64,000 bases of DNA from an uncultured Candidatus Micrarchaeota archaeon (GCA_903851445.1 CAINOH010000024.1:82080-146079), one strand, 5' to 3'; numbered from the stretch's first letter, positions 19,442 through 28,088 are shown. A program made the numbers and translations. The notes: generated by a model not told the origin, from the letters alone.

Positions 19442-19705
19442 ATGCCGCCGTATGAAGTATCATTTGAAGAGGACGCTGAGCGGATGCTTGGCAAGATGGA
19501 CAAGTCAGTTCGCCAACGCATCCTGAAAAAGGCAATACAACTGGAAAACGACGGCTCTATTTCGCGGCACCTGCGCCACGGCGTCCCCTGCTTTGTTGAG
19601 GAAGTCGGCGGATACAGGATAGCTTTTGTGATTAAGGAAAAGCAGAAGCGGATTCTCTTTGTTGGCGACCACAAGCAGTACGAAAGATGGTACCGCGAGC
19701 AGTAA
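19442..19705 (+). CDS. RelE/ParE-family toxin
   Basis: 87 aa from ATG 19442: MPPYEVSFEEDAERMLGKMDKSVRQRILKKA...GYRIAFVIKEKQKRILFVGDHKQY follows the RelE/ParE pattern. Confidence 0.6.
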   Translation: MPPYEVSFEEDAERMLGKMDKSVRQRILKKAIQLENDGSISRHLRHGVPCFVEEVGGYRIAFVIKEKQKRILFVGDHKQYERWYREQ

Positions 19706-19795
19706 CTCCAACGCAGGTGTGCCGGGTTCTGGGATAAACCGCATTCAAACCAAGACTTATTTATCCCCTAAAAGTCTTAATCTAATTTGATAGAA

Positions 19796-21010
19796 ATGGC
19801 AGAGGCAAAGAGGCTACTTGTAATCAACGTCGACATCGATGACGACCTGGGCCAGAAGGCCGGAATCAAGGGCCCCCTGATCGGGAGGAAGGTCAACTTC
19901 GAGGCAGCGGCCAAGTTCCTGGTCGCAGACCCGGAGGACTCTGACGGCAACGCCATATTCAAGGCAATCAAGATTTACGACGAGCTTAGCACAGACCACG
20001 ACTGCGAAATAGCCACCCTGACCGGGCACGCGGGCCTGGGCTACAGAGCATACAGCAACGTGGTGGAGCAGCTCGAGAAAGTCATGGCGGGTTTCCCTGC
20101 AGAGGCCTGCGTCTATGTGAGCGACGGCGCGAGCGACGACCAGATACTGCCGCTCATCCAGTCGCGCATCAAGGTCAACAGCATCTTCCCGGTCACAATC
20201 AAGCAGACCAAGGAGCTTGAGAAGACCTATTTCGTCATACTCGAAAAGCTCAAGGAGCCGCACTACGCGCGCATAGTGTTCGGCATACCCGGCATCGCGC
20301 TTTTGCTCTACCTCATGCTTCAGGACACGGGGCTGCGGCTTTTCGTGTTCCTGCTTGGAATCTACCTGATATTCAAGGGGTTCGGGGTGGAGGACATAAT
20401 CATCCGCTCGTTGTCCCAGTTCAAGTTCTCGCTTGACAAGGTGAGCACGATATTCTACTTTGCGGCGCTGCCGCTGGTGGCCGTATCGCTGTTTTTGGGA
20501 GTAGACCGCGCGCTCAACTCTGATACCGCGAACATCGGGAAGCTCGCAGCCGAGTCGGTCAAGGTCACGCTCCTCCTTTTGCCAGCCGCGCTCCTGATCA
20601 TCGTGGCAGGGAACGCCATACAGGCGCTGATAGAAAAGAAGAGGTACCTCCTATCGGACAACATCACCCAGGCAGCTGCAATACTCCTGCTCTGGCTAAT
20701 CATAGGCACTCTGGTTGACTGGATAATCGGCACGGTGTACTTTTCGGACTTCCTCTACGCGCTCATAGTCGGCGCTGCCGCGATGTTCGTGGTGTCGCAC
20801 TTTGCAAGGAAGCTCAAGGAAAGCATCATCGCACGCATGAACCTCGAAGGCAAGGAAGTCTACACCGAGATTGGCAGCATGGTCGGCAAGATAGTGGGGA
20901 TAAACCGCCGCAAGGGCACGTTCATCGTCCAGACCGGAAGCGGCCAGAAGCTCGACTTCGAGTTCGACTACATCTCGCGCCTGGGCGAGAAGATAATCAT
21001 CAGATACTAG
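19796..21010 (+). CDS. conserved archaeal integral membrane protein (DUF373-like)
   Basis: MAEAKRLLVINVDIDDDLGQKAGIKGPLIGR...ADPEDSDGNAIFKAIKIYDEL followed by about 6 TM helices. TATA-like TTATTTAT at 19757-19764. Confidence 0.5.
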   Translation: MAEAKRLLVINVDIDDDLGQKAGIKGPLIGRKVNFEAAAKFLVADPEDSDGNAIFKAIKIYDELSTDHDCEIATLTGHAGLGYRAYSNVVEQLEKVMAGFPAEACVYVSDGASDDQILPLIQSRIKVNSIFPVTIKQTKELEKTYFVILEKLKEPHYARIVFGIPGIALLLYLMLQDTGLRLFVFLLGIYLIFKGFGVEDIIIRSLSQFKFSLDKVSTIFYFAALPLVAVSLFLGVDRALNSDTANIGKLAAESVKVTLLLLPAALLIIVAGNAIQALIEKKRYLLSDNITQAAAILLLWLIIGTLVDWIIGTVYFSDFLYALIVGAAAMFVVSHFARKLKESIIARMNLEGKEVYTEIGSMVGKIVGINRRKGTFIVQTGSGQKLDFEFDYISRLGEKIIIRY

Positions 21011-21089
21011 GCCAAAGCAGGAACCTGCAACCTAATTTTGATTTAGCAGCAACCAACGGCTATTGTCTGGCTTGGTCCATAGGGCTCTG

Positions 21090-21419
21090 ATGAGAAGGAG
21101 CATAAGCGTCGACGATTTCCTGCGAATCCTCTTTTCGAAAAGGCGGGAAACTGCCTTTACAAGGCACGCTTCGGCCATGGCGGATAAGCGGGGCCTTCCA
21201 AGAAGCTCGTTTGAGGAGGATATCAGGAACCAGAGGCCGGTGATAGTCATTGAGCAGGAAAGCGAGGTGGCCTGCGAGCGCAAGTTCGACGTCTACTACC
21301 TGCAGGAGGGGAGGACGTTCCACCGGTACGTGATTGCATTAAATAATCTGATGCGCGTGATAACATTGCTTAGGACAAACAAGGACATCCAGAGGAGGGT
21401 TGCAGATGGTAAGGCTTAG
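21090..21419 (+). CDS. DUF4258-like putative toxin
   Basis: From ATG 21090: ...AFTRHASAMADKRGLPRSSFEEDI...RVITLL resembles the DUF4258 pattern (FT.HA...M..RGI). Overlaps the downstream gene by 14 nt. Confidence 0.5.
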   Translation: MRRSISVDDFLRILFSKRRETAFTRHASAMADKRGLPRSSFEEDIRNQRPVIVIEQESEVACERKFDVYYLQEGRTFHRYVIALNNLMRVITLLRTNKDIQRRVADGKA

Positions 21420-21747
21420 CGGCTTGCAGTATGACGAGGAAAACGACAGCCTCTACGTGCGCGTAAGCTCCAAGAAGGCGTTCCTTTCCGTTGAGATAAG
21501 CCCGCGCATCAGCATAGACGTCTCGCAGTCTGGCAGGCAACCCGTGGGCGTTGAGATTCTTGAGGCCAGCCGGGTCCTTTCCGACCTTTTCGGCCGCGTA
21601 ATCTCAAGGCAGGAAGTCCGCCGCGTGATTTGCACCGTCACTTCCACTGACGCAATCTACATTAACTTCAACCTTGATGGCAGGCAGGCGTCGCTTGCTG
21701 TGCAGAAGGCGTACCAAAGCCCGTTGCTTATCGCTAATACTAATTGA
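21406..21747 (+). CDS. DUF2283-like putative antitoxin
   Basis: MVRLSGLQYDEENDSLYVRVS...PVGVEILEAS is the typical DUF2283 core. Confidence 0.55.
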   Translation: MVRLSGLQYDEENDSLYVRVSSKKAFLSVEISPRISIDVSQSGRQPVGVEILEASRVLSDLFGRVISRQEVRRVICTVTSTDAIYINFNLDGRQASLAVQKAYQSPLLIANTN

Positions 21748-21765
21748 CTTGACAGAACAAGAGAG

Positions 21766-21837
21766 TGGGCTCGCGCGGAATCGGACCGCGTATCTCCAGT
21801 GTGTGAGACTGGCGTCTTACCAATCGACTACGAGCCC
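21766..21837 (-). tRNA. tRNA-Val (anticodon CAC)
   Basis: Hand-folded cloverleaf from the reverse complement. Acceptor GGGCTCG/CGAGCCC, anticodon arm CCAGT-CTCACAC-ACTGG, T arm CGCGG-TCCGATT-CCGCG, discriminator A, 72 nt. Confidence 0.8.
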
Positions 21838-21935
21838 TTGGGAAATAAGATAAGGGAAAAAGGAAAATAAAAACCCGGCAGGATTAAGGGGCCGGTGAGC
21901 CCTTCCGTTGACTTTGCCTTAACAGAACCGAAAAC

Positions 21936-22373
21936 CTATGCGGTCTCGGTCGCCTCTTCCTTTGCGGCTTCCCCTTCTGGAGCCTCTGCTGCAACAGCTG
22001 GCGTTGCGGGCTCGTCGTCGTTCGTTACCTTGAAGTCAACGTCAAGCTCGCCTTTTGGCTGCGGCCCCTGCGTCTGTTCGGACATCCTGGGCCTCGGCCT
22101 GTAGGACGCCTTGCGCGCGTCCAGCATCTGCTGGCGCTCGCGCTGCCTGGCCACGAGCTTCTTCTTCTTCTCGTAGATGCGTCCGTGCTTTCCGCAGGAC
22201 GGGCAGTACCAGACCTCGCGGAACGTGCCACGGCTGTACTCGTCGACTATGACGTCCTTGCGCTCAAGGGGGTTGGCGAAGACCATCTTCTCGATGACAA
22301 CGGCCTTGTCGCGCCTCACGCTCCGTCCGCACTTGACGCATACAACCTGCCGTTCTCTTCCCCTATTGCCCAT
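21936..22373 (-). CDS. rps26e: ribosomal protein eS26 with extended acidic C-terminal tail
   Basis: VVCVKCGRSVRRDKAV...WYCPSCGKHGRI matches the eS26 zinc-ribbon pattern. About 50 extra residues rich in E/A/P at the C-terminus. Confidence 0.6.
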   Translation of the reverse strand: MGNRGRERQVVCVKCGRSVRRDKAVVIEKMVFANPLERKDVIVDEYSRGTFREVWYCPSCGKHGRIYEKKKKLVARQRERQQMLDARKASYRPRPRMSEQTQGPQPKGELDVDFKVTNDDEPATPAVAAEAPEGEAAKEEATETA

Positions 22374-22526
22374 AAAAACCTACCTCTGTGAACGTGATGG
22401 ATTGGAAACAAAAAGAAGCGGCCAACCTATTTAAGCCGTCCGATTTTCCTTGATTTTTTGTGGAGTTGAAAGTTTAAATTGGATTGTGTTATTGGCAGCC
22501 AACGACAAAAAGGCCAAATAAGTGTC

Positions 22527-22552
22527 CAAAAACAAAAAAGAAGGCAAAAAGG
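22527..22552 (-). terminator. oligo-T tract terminator candidate downstream of trpS
   Basis: The minus strand reads CCTTTTTGCCTTCTTTTTTGTTTTTGG immediately after the trpS stop. Archaeal termination typically uses T runs. Confidence 0.45.
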
Positions 22553-22561
22553 AACTCAAAA

Positions 22562-23698
22562 TCAGTCTATTACCTTGTCCAGGACCTTCCTCGCCTGTTC
22601 ACGGCGCTTCTGGTGCTCCGCAAGGAAATCCACGATTTTGTCCGCGAGGTAGGCCTTGTTCTCGCCATCCAGGATTTCGCCGTTTTTGTAGGCGCGCAGG
22701 CGCTCTTCCAGCTTCCGGTCATCAGGCTCGAAGAAGAACTTGAGGTACTGGCAGACGCTGCATATTTCGGGGTTCCCGCCAAGCTTGCGCTGCTCTGCCA
22801 CGGTAGGCCTGCCACCTGTAAAGGCGCGGCCTACTTTCTTGCGTATTACCTCTTCCGAGTCAGTGGTGTAGATTGCGGAAAGGGGGTCGGACGCGCTCAT
22901 CTTGCCTGAACCCGCAAGCGATGGGAAGAAAGTGGAGTGTATTTCAGCGGGTTTGGGGAAGCCCAGCTTTTGCGCAACGTCACGGGTCACCCGGAAGTGC
23001 GGGTCCTGGTCAATTGCACAGGGAATCAGCACGGGCACGATTTCATCCCCTTTTGCGCCTTTCTTCTGCCTGGCCTCCGCTGACGGCAGGAGTGCCGGAG
23101 CGCTCTGGACGCTTGTGAAGAAGATTTCGCCTATGTTGGAGCTGTCCTTGTAGCCAAACACTGCCTTTGCAGTTGAGTAGGTCACGCGCTTGGACACCTC
23201 GAGCGCAAGCGGGTAGAGCTTGGCGATGCTCTTGGTGTCTATGAAAATCTTGGTCCTTGCAGGGTCGAACCCTACTGCCATCACGTCAAGGGAATTCTCC
23301 ATCGACCAGTTGAGGGTGTCCTTTTGGGATAGCGAGTCCTTGAACAGGAACTTCTCGTCGTCGGTCATCTGGAAGTACAGCGGGCACTTGAACGCGTCCT
23401 GGAGGTATTTGGTGAAGAACCACGGCATCAGGTGGCCAAGGTGAACCGGGCCCGAAGGCCCGCGGCCGGTGTAGAGCGCGACCTGCTTGTGCTTTTGGTA
23501 TTCTGCCAAGAACCAGTCCAGGTCGCGGTGCGAGAAGAATATCTTGCGGTCGAGCATGTGGTTTTTCCTGCCGGCAAGCTTCTCAATCAGTTCCGTGTGC
23601 TTTTGCGAAAGCGGCTGGGTTCCGAAGTCGCGGATGAGCTTCTCATAGTCAATGTCACCGGACACTTCCCACGGGGTGACGACGAAGTCCTTTGCCAT
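22562..23698 (-). CDS. trpS: tryptophanyl-tRNA synthetase (archaeal/eukaryotic type)
   Basis: VTPWEVSGDIDYEKLIRDFG, GPVHLGHL (HIGH-like) and GKMSASD (KMSAS). Confidence 0.85.
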   Translation of the reverse strand: MAKDFVVTPWEVSGDIDYEKLIRDFGTQPLSQKHTELIEKLAGRKNHMLDRKIFFSHRDLDWFLAEYQKHKQVALYTGRGPSGPVHLGHLMPWFFTKYLQDAFKCPLYFQMTDDEKFLFKDSLSQKDTLNWSMENSLDVMAVGFDPARTKIFIDTKSIAKLYPLALEVSKRVTYSTAKAVFGYKDSSNIGEIFFTSVQSAPALLPSAEARQKKGAKGDEIVPVLIPCAIDQDPHFRVTRDVAQKLGFPKPAEIHSTFFPSLAGSGKMSASDPLSAIYTTDSEEVIRKKVGRAFTGGRPTVAEQRKLGGNPEICSVCQYLKFFFEPDDRKLEERLRAYKNGEILDGENKAYLADKIVDFLAEHQKRREQARKVLDKVID

Positions 23699-23854
23699 AA
23701 AATAATCAACCTGTTGCCCGAAAGCCTCTTGGCTTTGCCGCAGCTTAGTTGATTGGCCTCTGGCTTTTTTTAAGGGTATTCAGTCCCAAAGCTGACGCTC
23801 GTGAAAAGGGTTTTTTATACTTTGGCAGGCAACAAGTGCCTTTAGGTGGGATGA

Positions 23855-24100
23855 GTGATTCACGAGATAATCCAAAGCACATTCAGCTCGATAACCTCGT
23901 CAGTCCGCAAGTTCACCGCCTTCCTGTTGATACTCGTGCTCTTGGGGATGCTGATTGGCGCACGCGTGGAGTCCGTGGCGTCCTCGTTCCTGCCAACCGC
24001 GATAATGATCCCCGTATTGCTCGCAATAGTCGCCTATGCGTACACGGACGCGGCAGTAATCTTCTTCGCAGGGTTCCTGCTTATTTTCCTTCTGCTCTAG
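23855..24100 (+). CDS. small membrane protein (hypothetical)
   Basis: 81 aa, two hydrophobic helices, GTG start. The alternative frame 23749..24111 is Arg-rich and not protein-like. Confidence 0.4.
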   Translation: MIHEIIQSTFSSITSSVRKFTAFLLILVLLGMLIGARVESVASSFLPTAIMIPVLLAIVAYAYTDAAVIFFAGFLLIFLLL

Positions 24101-24111
24101 GGAGTGGGTGA

Positions 24112-24234
24112 ATGCTGATGGCTGCCCAAACCAACCCGATGGACTACGCGTTCTACATAGCTTGCGGGCTGGTGGTGGCCTACCTTTTGTGGAAGGGGCT
24201 TACTGACAAGCAGAAGATGACTGCATACGAGTAG
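24112..24234 (+). CDS. possible 40-aa single-TM micro-protein
   Basis: Own translation: MLMAAQTNPMDYAFYIACGLVVAYLLWKGLTDKQKMTAYE. Below the ORF-track length cutoff. Follows the previous small membrane ORF by 11 nt. Confidence 0.3.
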   Translation: MLMAAQTNPMDYAFYIACGLVVAYLLWKGLTDKQKMTAYE

Positions 24235-24325
24235 AAGGCTGTTTTTAGGGAAGTGAAAACGGAAAGAAAATAAAAAAGAAGATAAGAAAAAAAAGAGGTT
24301 GGCCGCGAAGGCGGCACTTGATTGT

Positions 24326-24715
24326 TTACTGGTCCCTGGACATGTTCCAGATGGCGATGAGCGCCACGACCGCTGCTGCGGGCGACACGAACACCATCAG
24401 GTATCCAAGGGCGGTGACGATTCCCGCCGCAATGCCTGAAAACGCGGGGATTATCCCGAGCACGTTCATGATTACGGTCGAGAGCGAACCGAGCGACACG
24501 TTGATTGCGACTGTGGCAACCAGAAACGGTACGATCTCCTTTTCGGTTATGTTCACAAGACCCACGACGAGTCCCAGTACGCCGAGGGTCAGCAGGATTA
24601 CTCCCTGACTTATCCCAAAGCCGCCGAAGAACCCGACGACAAGCGCCAGGAGCACGCCCACCAGGAACGCGTACGTTCCGACTACTTGCATAGTTATTCC
24701 ATCTTTCTTTGCCAT
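24326..24715 (-). CDS. membrane protein (hypothetical, ~4 TM)
   Basis: From ATG 24715: MAKKDGITMQVVGTYAFLVGVLLALVVGFF... The longer ORF-track extension to 24901 runs into the tRNA promoter region. Confidence 0.55.
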   Translation of the reverse strand: MAKKDGITMQVVGTYAFLVGVLLALVVGFFGGFGISQGVILLTLGVLGLVVGLVNITEKEIVPFLVATVAINVSLGSLSTVIMNVLGIIPAFSGIAAGIVTALGYLMVFVSPAAAVVALIAIWNMSRDQ

Positions 24716-24881
24716 GTTTACAATACACCCCAAAAATGGTTTTAGCGGGAAATAAGACTTTCCCACGAATGCCACCAAAAAAAGGCCATGAATATTTCTC
24801 AATCCGCCTTTTAATATTATCCAGATGACGGCAATTGACGAGTTTTGCCCGCAACCCATCTTCCAAATCAACTGAATGGCC

Positions 24882-24888
24882 TTATTTA
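24882..24888 (+). promoter_or_regulatory. TATA-box candidate for tRNA-Arg(CCT)
   Basis: TTATTTA lies 25-31 nt upstream of the tRNA 5' end. Confidence 0.5.
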
Positions 24889-24912
24889 CTTTTGTAGCCA
24901 AGATTAGTAGGC

Positions 24913-24987
24913 GGGCCCGTAGCTCAGCTTGGACAGAGCGACTACCTCCTAAGTAGTAGGCCCAGGGTTCAAATCCCTGCGGGCCCG
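24913..24987 (+). tRNA. tRNA-Arg (anticodon CCT)
   Basis: Acceptor GGGCCCG/CGGGCCC, D arm GCTC-AGCTTGGACA-GAGC, anticodon arm ACTAC-CTCCTAA-GTAGT, T arm CAGGG-TTCAAAT-CCCTG, 75 nt. Confidence 0.9.
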
Positions 24988-25635
24988 TGGTTTCTTCTTC
25001 TCGTCTTCAGGCCGTTTCCTTGCGACCAGGACCGCAATCTCCTCGAAGAAGAACCTGCGAGACGCGAACTTCCCAACAGCAAAGCCCTTCTTTTCCAAAA
25101 CCACTGTGGTCTTCTCGACTCCGGAAAGGCTGCTCTGGAGAAGGATGAGGATTCCGCCAGAGTTCAGATGCTTTTCGAAACCCGAAAGGAACTTGTCGGT
25201 TATTTTCCTGCCGCTTTTCCCGCCGTCGAACGCCAGGTTGAGCGTGCCGTGCACCTTCTCTGCAGGCGTGGTGGGAAGGTAGGGCGGGTTGAAGCCGATT
25301 ACGTCGAATTTTTCCTTTGGTTTTGAAGAAGACGAAAAGGCGGAAAAGAGGTCGGTTTGGATGAAGGATATTTTCTTTTCAACGCCGTTCAACACTGCAT
25401 TCTTCTTGGCAAGTTCTACCGCTGCAGGATTAAGGTCCGCGCACACGACCGAAGAGACTTCCTTCTTTTGGGCTGATGCTATCCCGAAAATTCCGGTTGC
25501 GCAGCCAAGGTCCAGAACCTTGCCGAAGGAATACTTCCGCGCGGCCTCGACCATAAGCTCGGAGTCGTCGGACGGCTCGTAGACGTCCGGACAAAGGGCC
25601 AAATCTAATCCCATGAAATTCGTGCGCGGTTCCAT
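24949..25635 (-). CDS. HemK/Mtq2-like N5-glutamine methyltransferase
   Basis: VLDLGCATGIFG (motif I) and IGFNPPYLP (NPPY). ATG at 25635. The last 39 nt overlap tRNA-Arg(CCT) on the opposite strand. Confidence 0.7.
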   Translation of the reverse strand: MEPRTNFMGLDLALCPDVYEPSDDSELMVEAARKYSFGKVLDLGCATGIFGIASAQKKEVSSVVCADLNPAAVELAKKNAVLNGVEKKISFIQTDLFSAFSSSSKPKEKFDVIGFNPPYLPTTPAEKVHGTLNLAFDGGKSGRKITDKFLSGFEKHLNSGGILILLQSSLSGVEKTTVVLEKKGFAVGKFASRRFFFEEIAVLVARKRPEDEKKKPRARRDLNPGPTT

Positions 25636-25636
25636 C

Positions 25637-26263
25637 CTACCCACGCTTCAGCTTGGGAAAAAACGATTCCAGCAACGAGACGCGGTGTGTAACAGCCTTC
25701 CGTTTCTCCTTAAAACGACGGACAAGCTCTTCCCGCTGGTCGTTTGTCAGTTTTTGCAGGGACTGATCCGCGTCATCCAATGAAAAATACCCCTTTTTTC
25801 GCGCCGAGGGCAGCAAGGACTCGCCGAATTCTTTTGCAGCCTTGCCTCCCGCCCCGCGTATGTAGCCGATTTTGCAACCCGAACTGAGACGGCAGTCCCT
25901 TATGTTGGAAATCGTCTCTTCGTAAAATCCATCCAATCCTTTCAGCCGGTCATGCAGGTCGTAAACCCACTCTGGAGGGTAGCCGCGGAGAAGCTGCCGC
26001 GCGCGGGCCGGAACGTTCCTAGCGCGTTCAAGCAAACCCAGTTTGCCATCATAATACTTCAGCGTTCCGTCTATGAGTTTTCTGCGGTCACCGTGCGAGT
26101 TTGCATAAATGATATTGGCCTTATCGACCAACACCTTTTCCGCGGCTTTGACCCAAGAAACGCCGCGGATATCGTCGCGGGATATCTCCGGAACTAGGTG
26201 ATGACCTGCATGAATCAAATCTACACTATCCCGGAAGGGCGGTTTTTCGGATTGCTTTTGCAT
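25637..26263 (-). CDS. hypothetical protein
   Basis: 208 aa with no motif I recognise. Its stop (25639..25637) sits 1 nt before the methyltransferase ATG. Confidence 0.5.
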   Translation of the reverse strand: MQKQSEKPPFRDSVDLIHAGHHLVPEISRDDIRGVSWVKAAEKVLVDKANIIYANSHGDRRKLIDGTLKYYDGKLGLLERARNVPARARQLLRGYPPEWVYDLHDRLKGLDGFYEETISNIRDCRLSSGCKIGYIRGAGGKAAKEFGESLLPSARKKGYFSLDDADQSLQKLTNDQREELVRRFKEKRKAVTHRVSLLESFFPKLKRG

Positions 26264-26368
26264 CGAACATTACCCTGCTTTGCGAGCCAATAGGCTATGC
26301 CAAGCACGATTTATTATTGGTTCCAAGGCAAAGAAATCAGAAGGGAAAACATAATATGGGTAACCCGA

Positions 26369-27268
26369 ATGATCAAGCTTGAAGTCAGCGTCGCTGGCGT
26401 AAAGATGTGCAACCCGCTCGTTCTTGCGGCTGGTGTGCGGAGCAACTACGCTGACCTGCTCATTCGGGCTGCAAAGGAGGGCGCTGGCGCGGTCACTTCG
26501 AAGTCCTGTTCGCTTGAGCCGAGGCCGGGCCACCCCAACCCGACGGCCATGATTCACGGCCAGGTTGTGATGAACGCAATCGGGCTTTCCAACCCGGGAG
26601 CGAAGGAGGAGGCCGAGCAGCTCAAGAAGGCAGTGAAAGAGGCAGGGGTGCCGGTGATTGCCTCGGTCTTCGGAAAGAATGCCGACGAGTTTGCGGAGGC
26701 GTCAAAAATCATCGAGAAGGCAAAGCCCGCAATGATTGAGCTTAACATATCCTGCCCAAACGTGCACCGCGAAGGCAGAATGTTCTCTGCGGACCCCGCT
26801 GCAACCGAGGAAATCGTTCGAGCGGTAAAGAAGGCAGTCAAGCTTCCTGTTTCCGCAAAACTATCGCCCAACGTTACGGACATTGCGGAGATTGCGGTTG
26901 CTGCAAAGAGGGGCGGCGCGGACGCAATCACTGCGATAAACACGCTTTCGGGAATGTGGATAGACGCTTATGCAAAGAAGCCCTACCTTGCAAATCGGCA
27001 GGGCGGGGTAAGCGGCCCGGGAATCAAGCCTGTTGCCCTTCGCTGCGTCTGGCAAATCAGGCAGGCTGTTGACCTGCCCATAATCGGCGGCGGCGGAATC
27101 ACAAGTGGCACCGATGCTGCGGAGATGCTGATGGCAGGCGCAACCGCGGTCTCAATAGGAAGCGCCGTTTGCTACCGCAAGAACGCGTTTGCGGAAATTT
27201 CAAAGGAGCTTGCGGAATTCATGGAATCAGAAGGCTATGCAAAGGTTTCAGACATTAAGATGGACTAG
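26369..27268 (+). CDS. pyrD: dihydroorotate dehydrogenase, catalytic subunit (class 1B type)
   Basis: MIKLEVSVAGVKMCNPLVLAAGV..., ELNISCPN and GGGITSGTDAAEMLMAGA. Confidence 0.85.
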   Translation: MIKLEVSVAGVKMCNPLVLAAGVRSNYADLLIRAAKEGAGAVTSKSCSLEPRPGHPNPTAMIHGQVVMNAIGLSNPGAKEEAEQLKKAVKEAGVPVIASVFGKNADEFAEASKIIEKAKPAMIELNISCPNVHREGRMFSADPAATEEIVRAVKKAVKLPVSAKLSPNVTDIAEIAVAAKRGGADAITAINTLSGMWIDAYAKKPYLANRQGGVSGPGIKPVALRCVWQIRQAVDLPIIGGGGITSGTDAAEMLMAGATAVSIGSAVCYRKNAFAEISKELAEFMESEGYAKVSDIKMD

Positions 27269-27290
27269 AAGTATGTTTGCGGTGTAGTTG

Positions 27291-28061
27291 ATGCTTCCAA
27301 TAAAGACGAAAGTGCTGAAGGCGGAAAAGGAGAATGAAAAGGTCATCCGCCTGACCCTTGGCTTGCAACTTTCCGGTGCCCAGCCCGGGCAATTCGTGAT
27401 GGTGTGGGTTCCCGGAGTGGATGAGAAGCCCATCAGCATTTCGGAGTCCAAGCCCACTCTTGAAATCTGCGTGGCGAACGCGGGTCCTGCCAGTGAAAAA
27501 ATCGCCTCGCTCAAGGCAGGCGACGAGATATTCATCCGCGGCCCGCTTGGCCACGGGTTTGAGCAGAAGGGAAGGAAATGGCTGATGGTGGGCGGCGGGT
27601 ATGGCTTCGGGCCGCTGCGCTTCCTTGCGCGCGTTGGAAAGGATAATGGAAAAAGCGTCGAGGCCATCCTTGGCGCAAGGACAAAATCACTACTTATGAA
27701 GAAAGCTGTTTGCGAGACGTGCTTCGTCACAAACGACGGAAGCGAAGGAAAGACGGGCACGAGCGTGGACGAGCTTGAACGCAGGCTTGCTGACAAGAAC
27801 GCAAAAACCGACATGGTGTTTTCCTGCGGCCCGGAGAGAATGATGGCTGCTGTTGCACAGGCGTGCAAGAAACACGGCGTGCCCTCGCAGCTTCTTGTCG
27901 AGCGCTATATGAAATGCGGCTTCGGCATCTGCGGCCACTGCGCCATGGGAAAGTGGCTTGCTTGCGTGGACGGACCGGCAATCTACGGCGAGGAAGCGCT
28001 TTCGAACCCGGAGTTTGGAAAAGAGCACCAGGACAGGTGCGGTTGCAAGAAGCCGCTCTGA
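27291..28061 (+). CDS. pyrK: dihydroorotate dehydrogenase electron-transfer subunit
   Basis: FAD/NAD-binding fold plus a C-terminal Cys cluster CGFGICGHCAMGKWLACVDGP. Immediately downstream of pyrD. Confidence 0.8.
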   Translation: MLPIKTKVLKAEKENEKVIRLTLGLQLSGAQPGQFVMVWVPGVDEKPISISESKPTLEICVANAGPASEKIASLKAGDEIFIRGPLGHGFEQKGRKWLMVGGGYGFGPLRFLARVGKDNGKSVEAILGARTKSLLMKKAVCETCFVTNDGSEGKTGTSVDELERRLADKNAKTDMVFSCGPERMMAAVAQACKKHGVPSQLLVERYMKCGFGICGHCAMGKWLACVDGPAIYGEEALSNPEFGKEHQDRCGCKKPL

Positions 28062-28088
28062 AGGCGTAATCGAATTGGAAAGCAGATG

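Noticed and set aside
24180-24866. 228-aa minus-strand ORF in another frame of the membrane-protein locus
   Set aside because: The translation is Arg/Gly/Pro-rich and not protein-like. The overlapping frame (24326..24715) encodes clean TM helices.
26270-26557. 95-aa minus-strand ORF at the pyrD 5' end
   Set aside because: It overlaps the pyrD promoter and N-terminus and has no motifs. pyrD is strongly supported.
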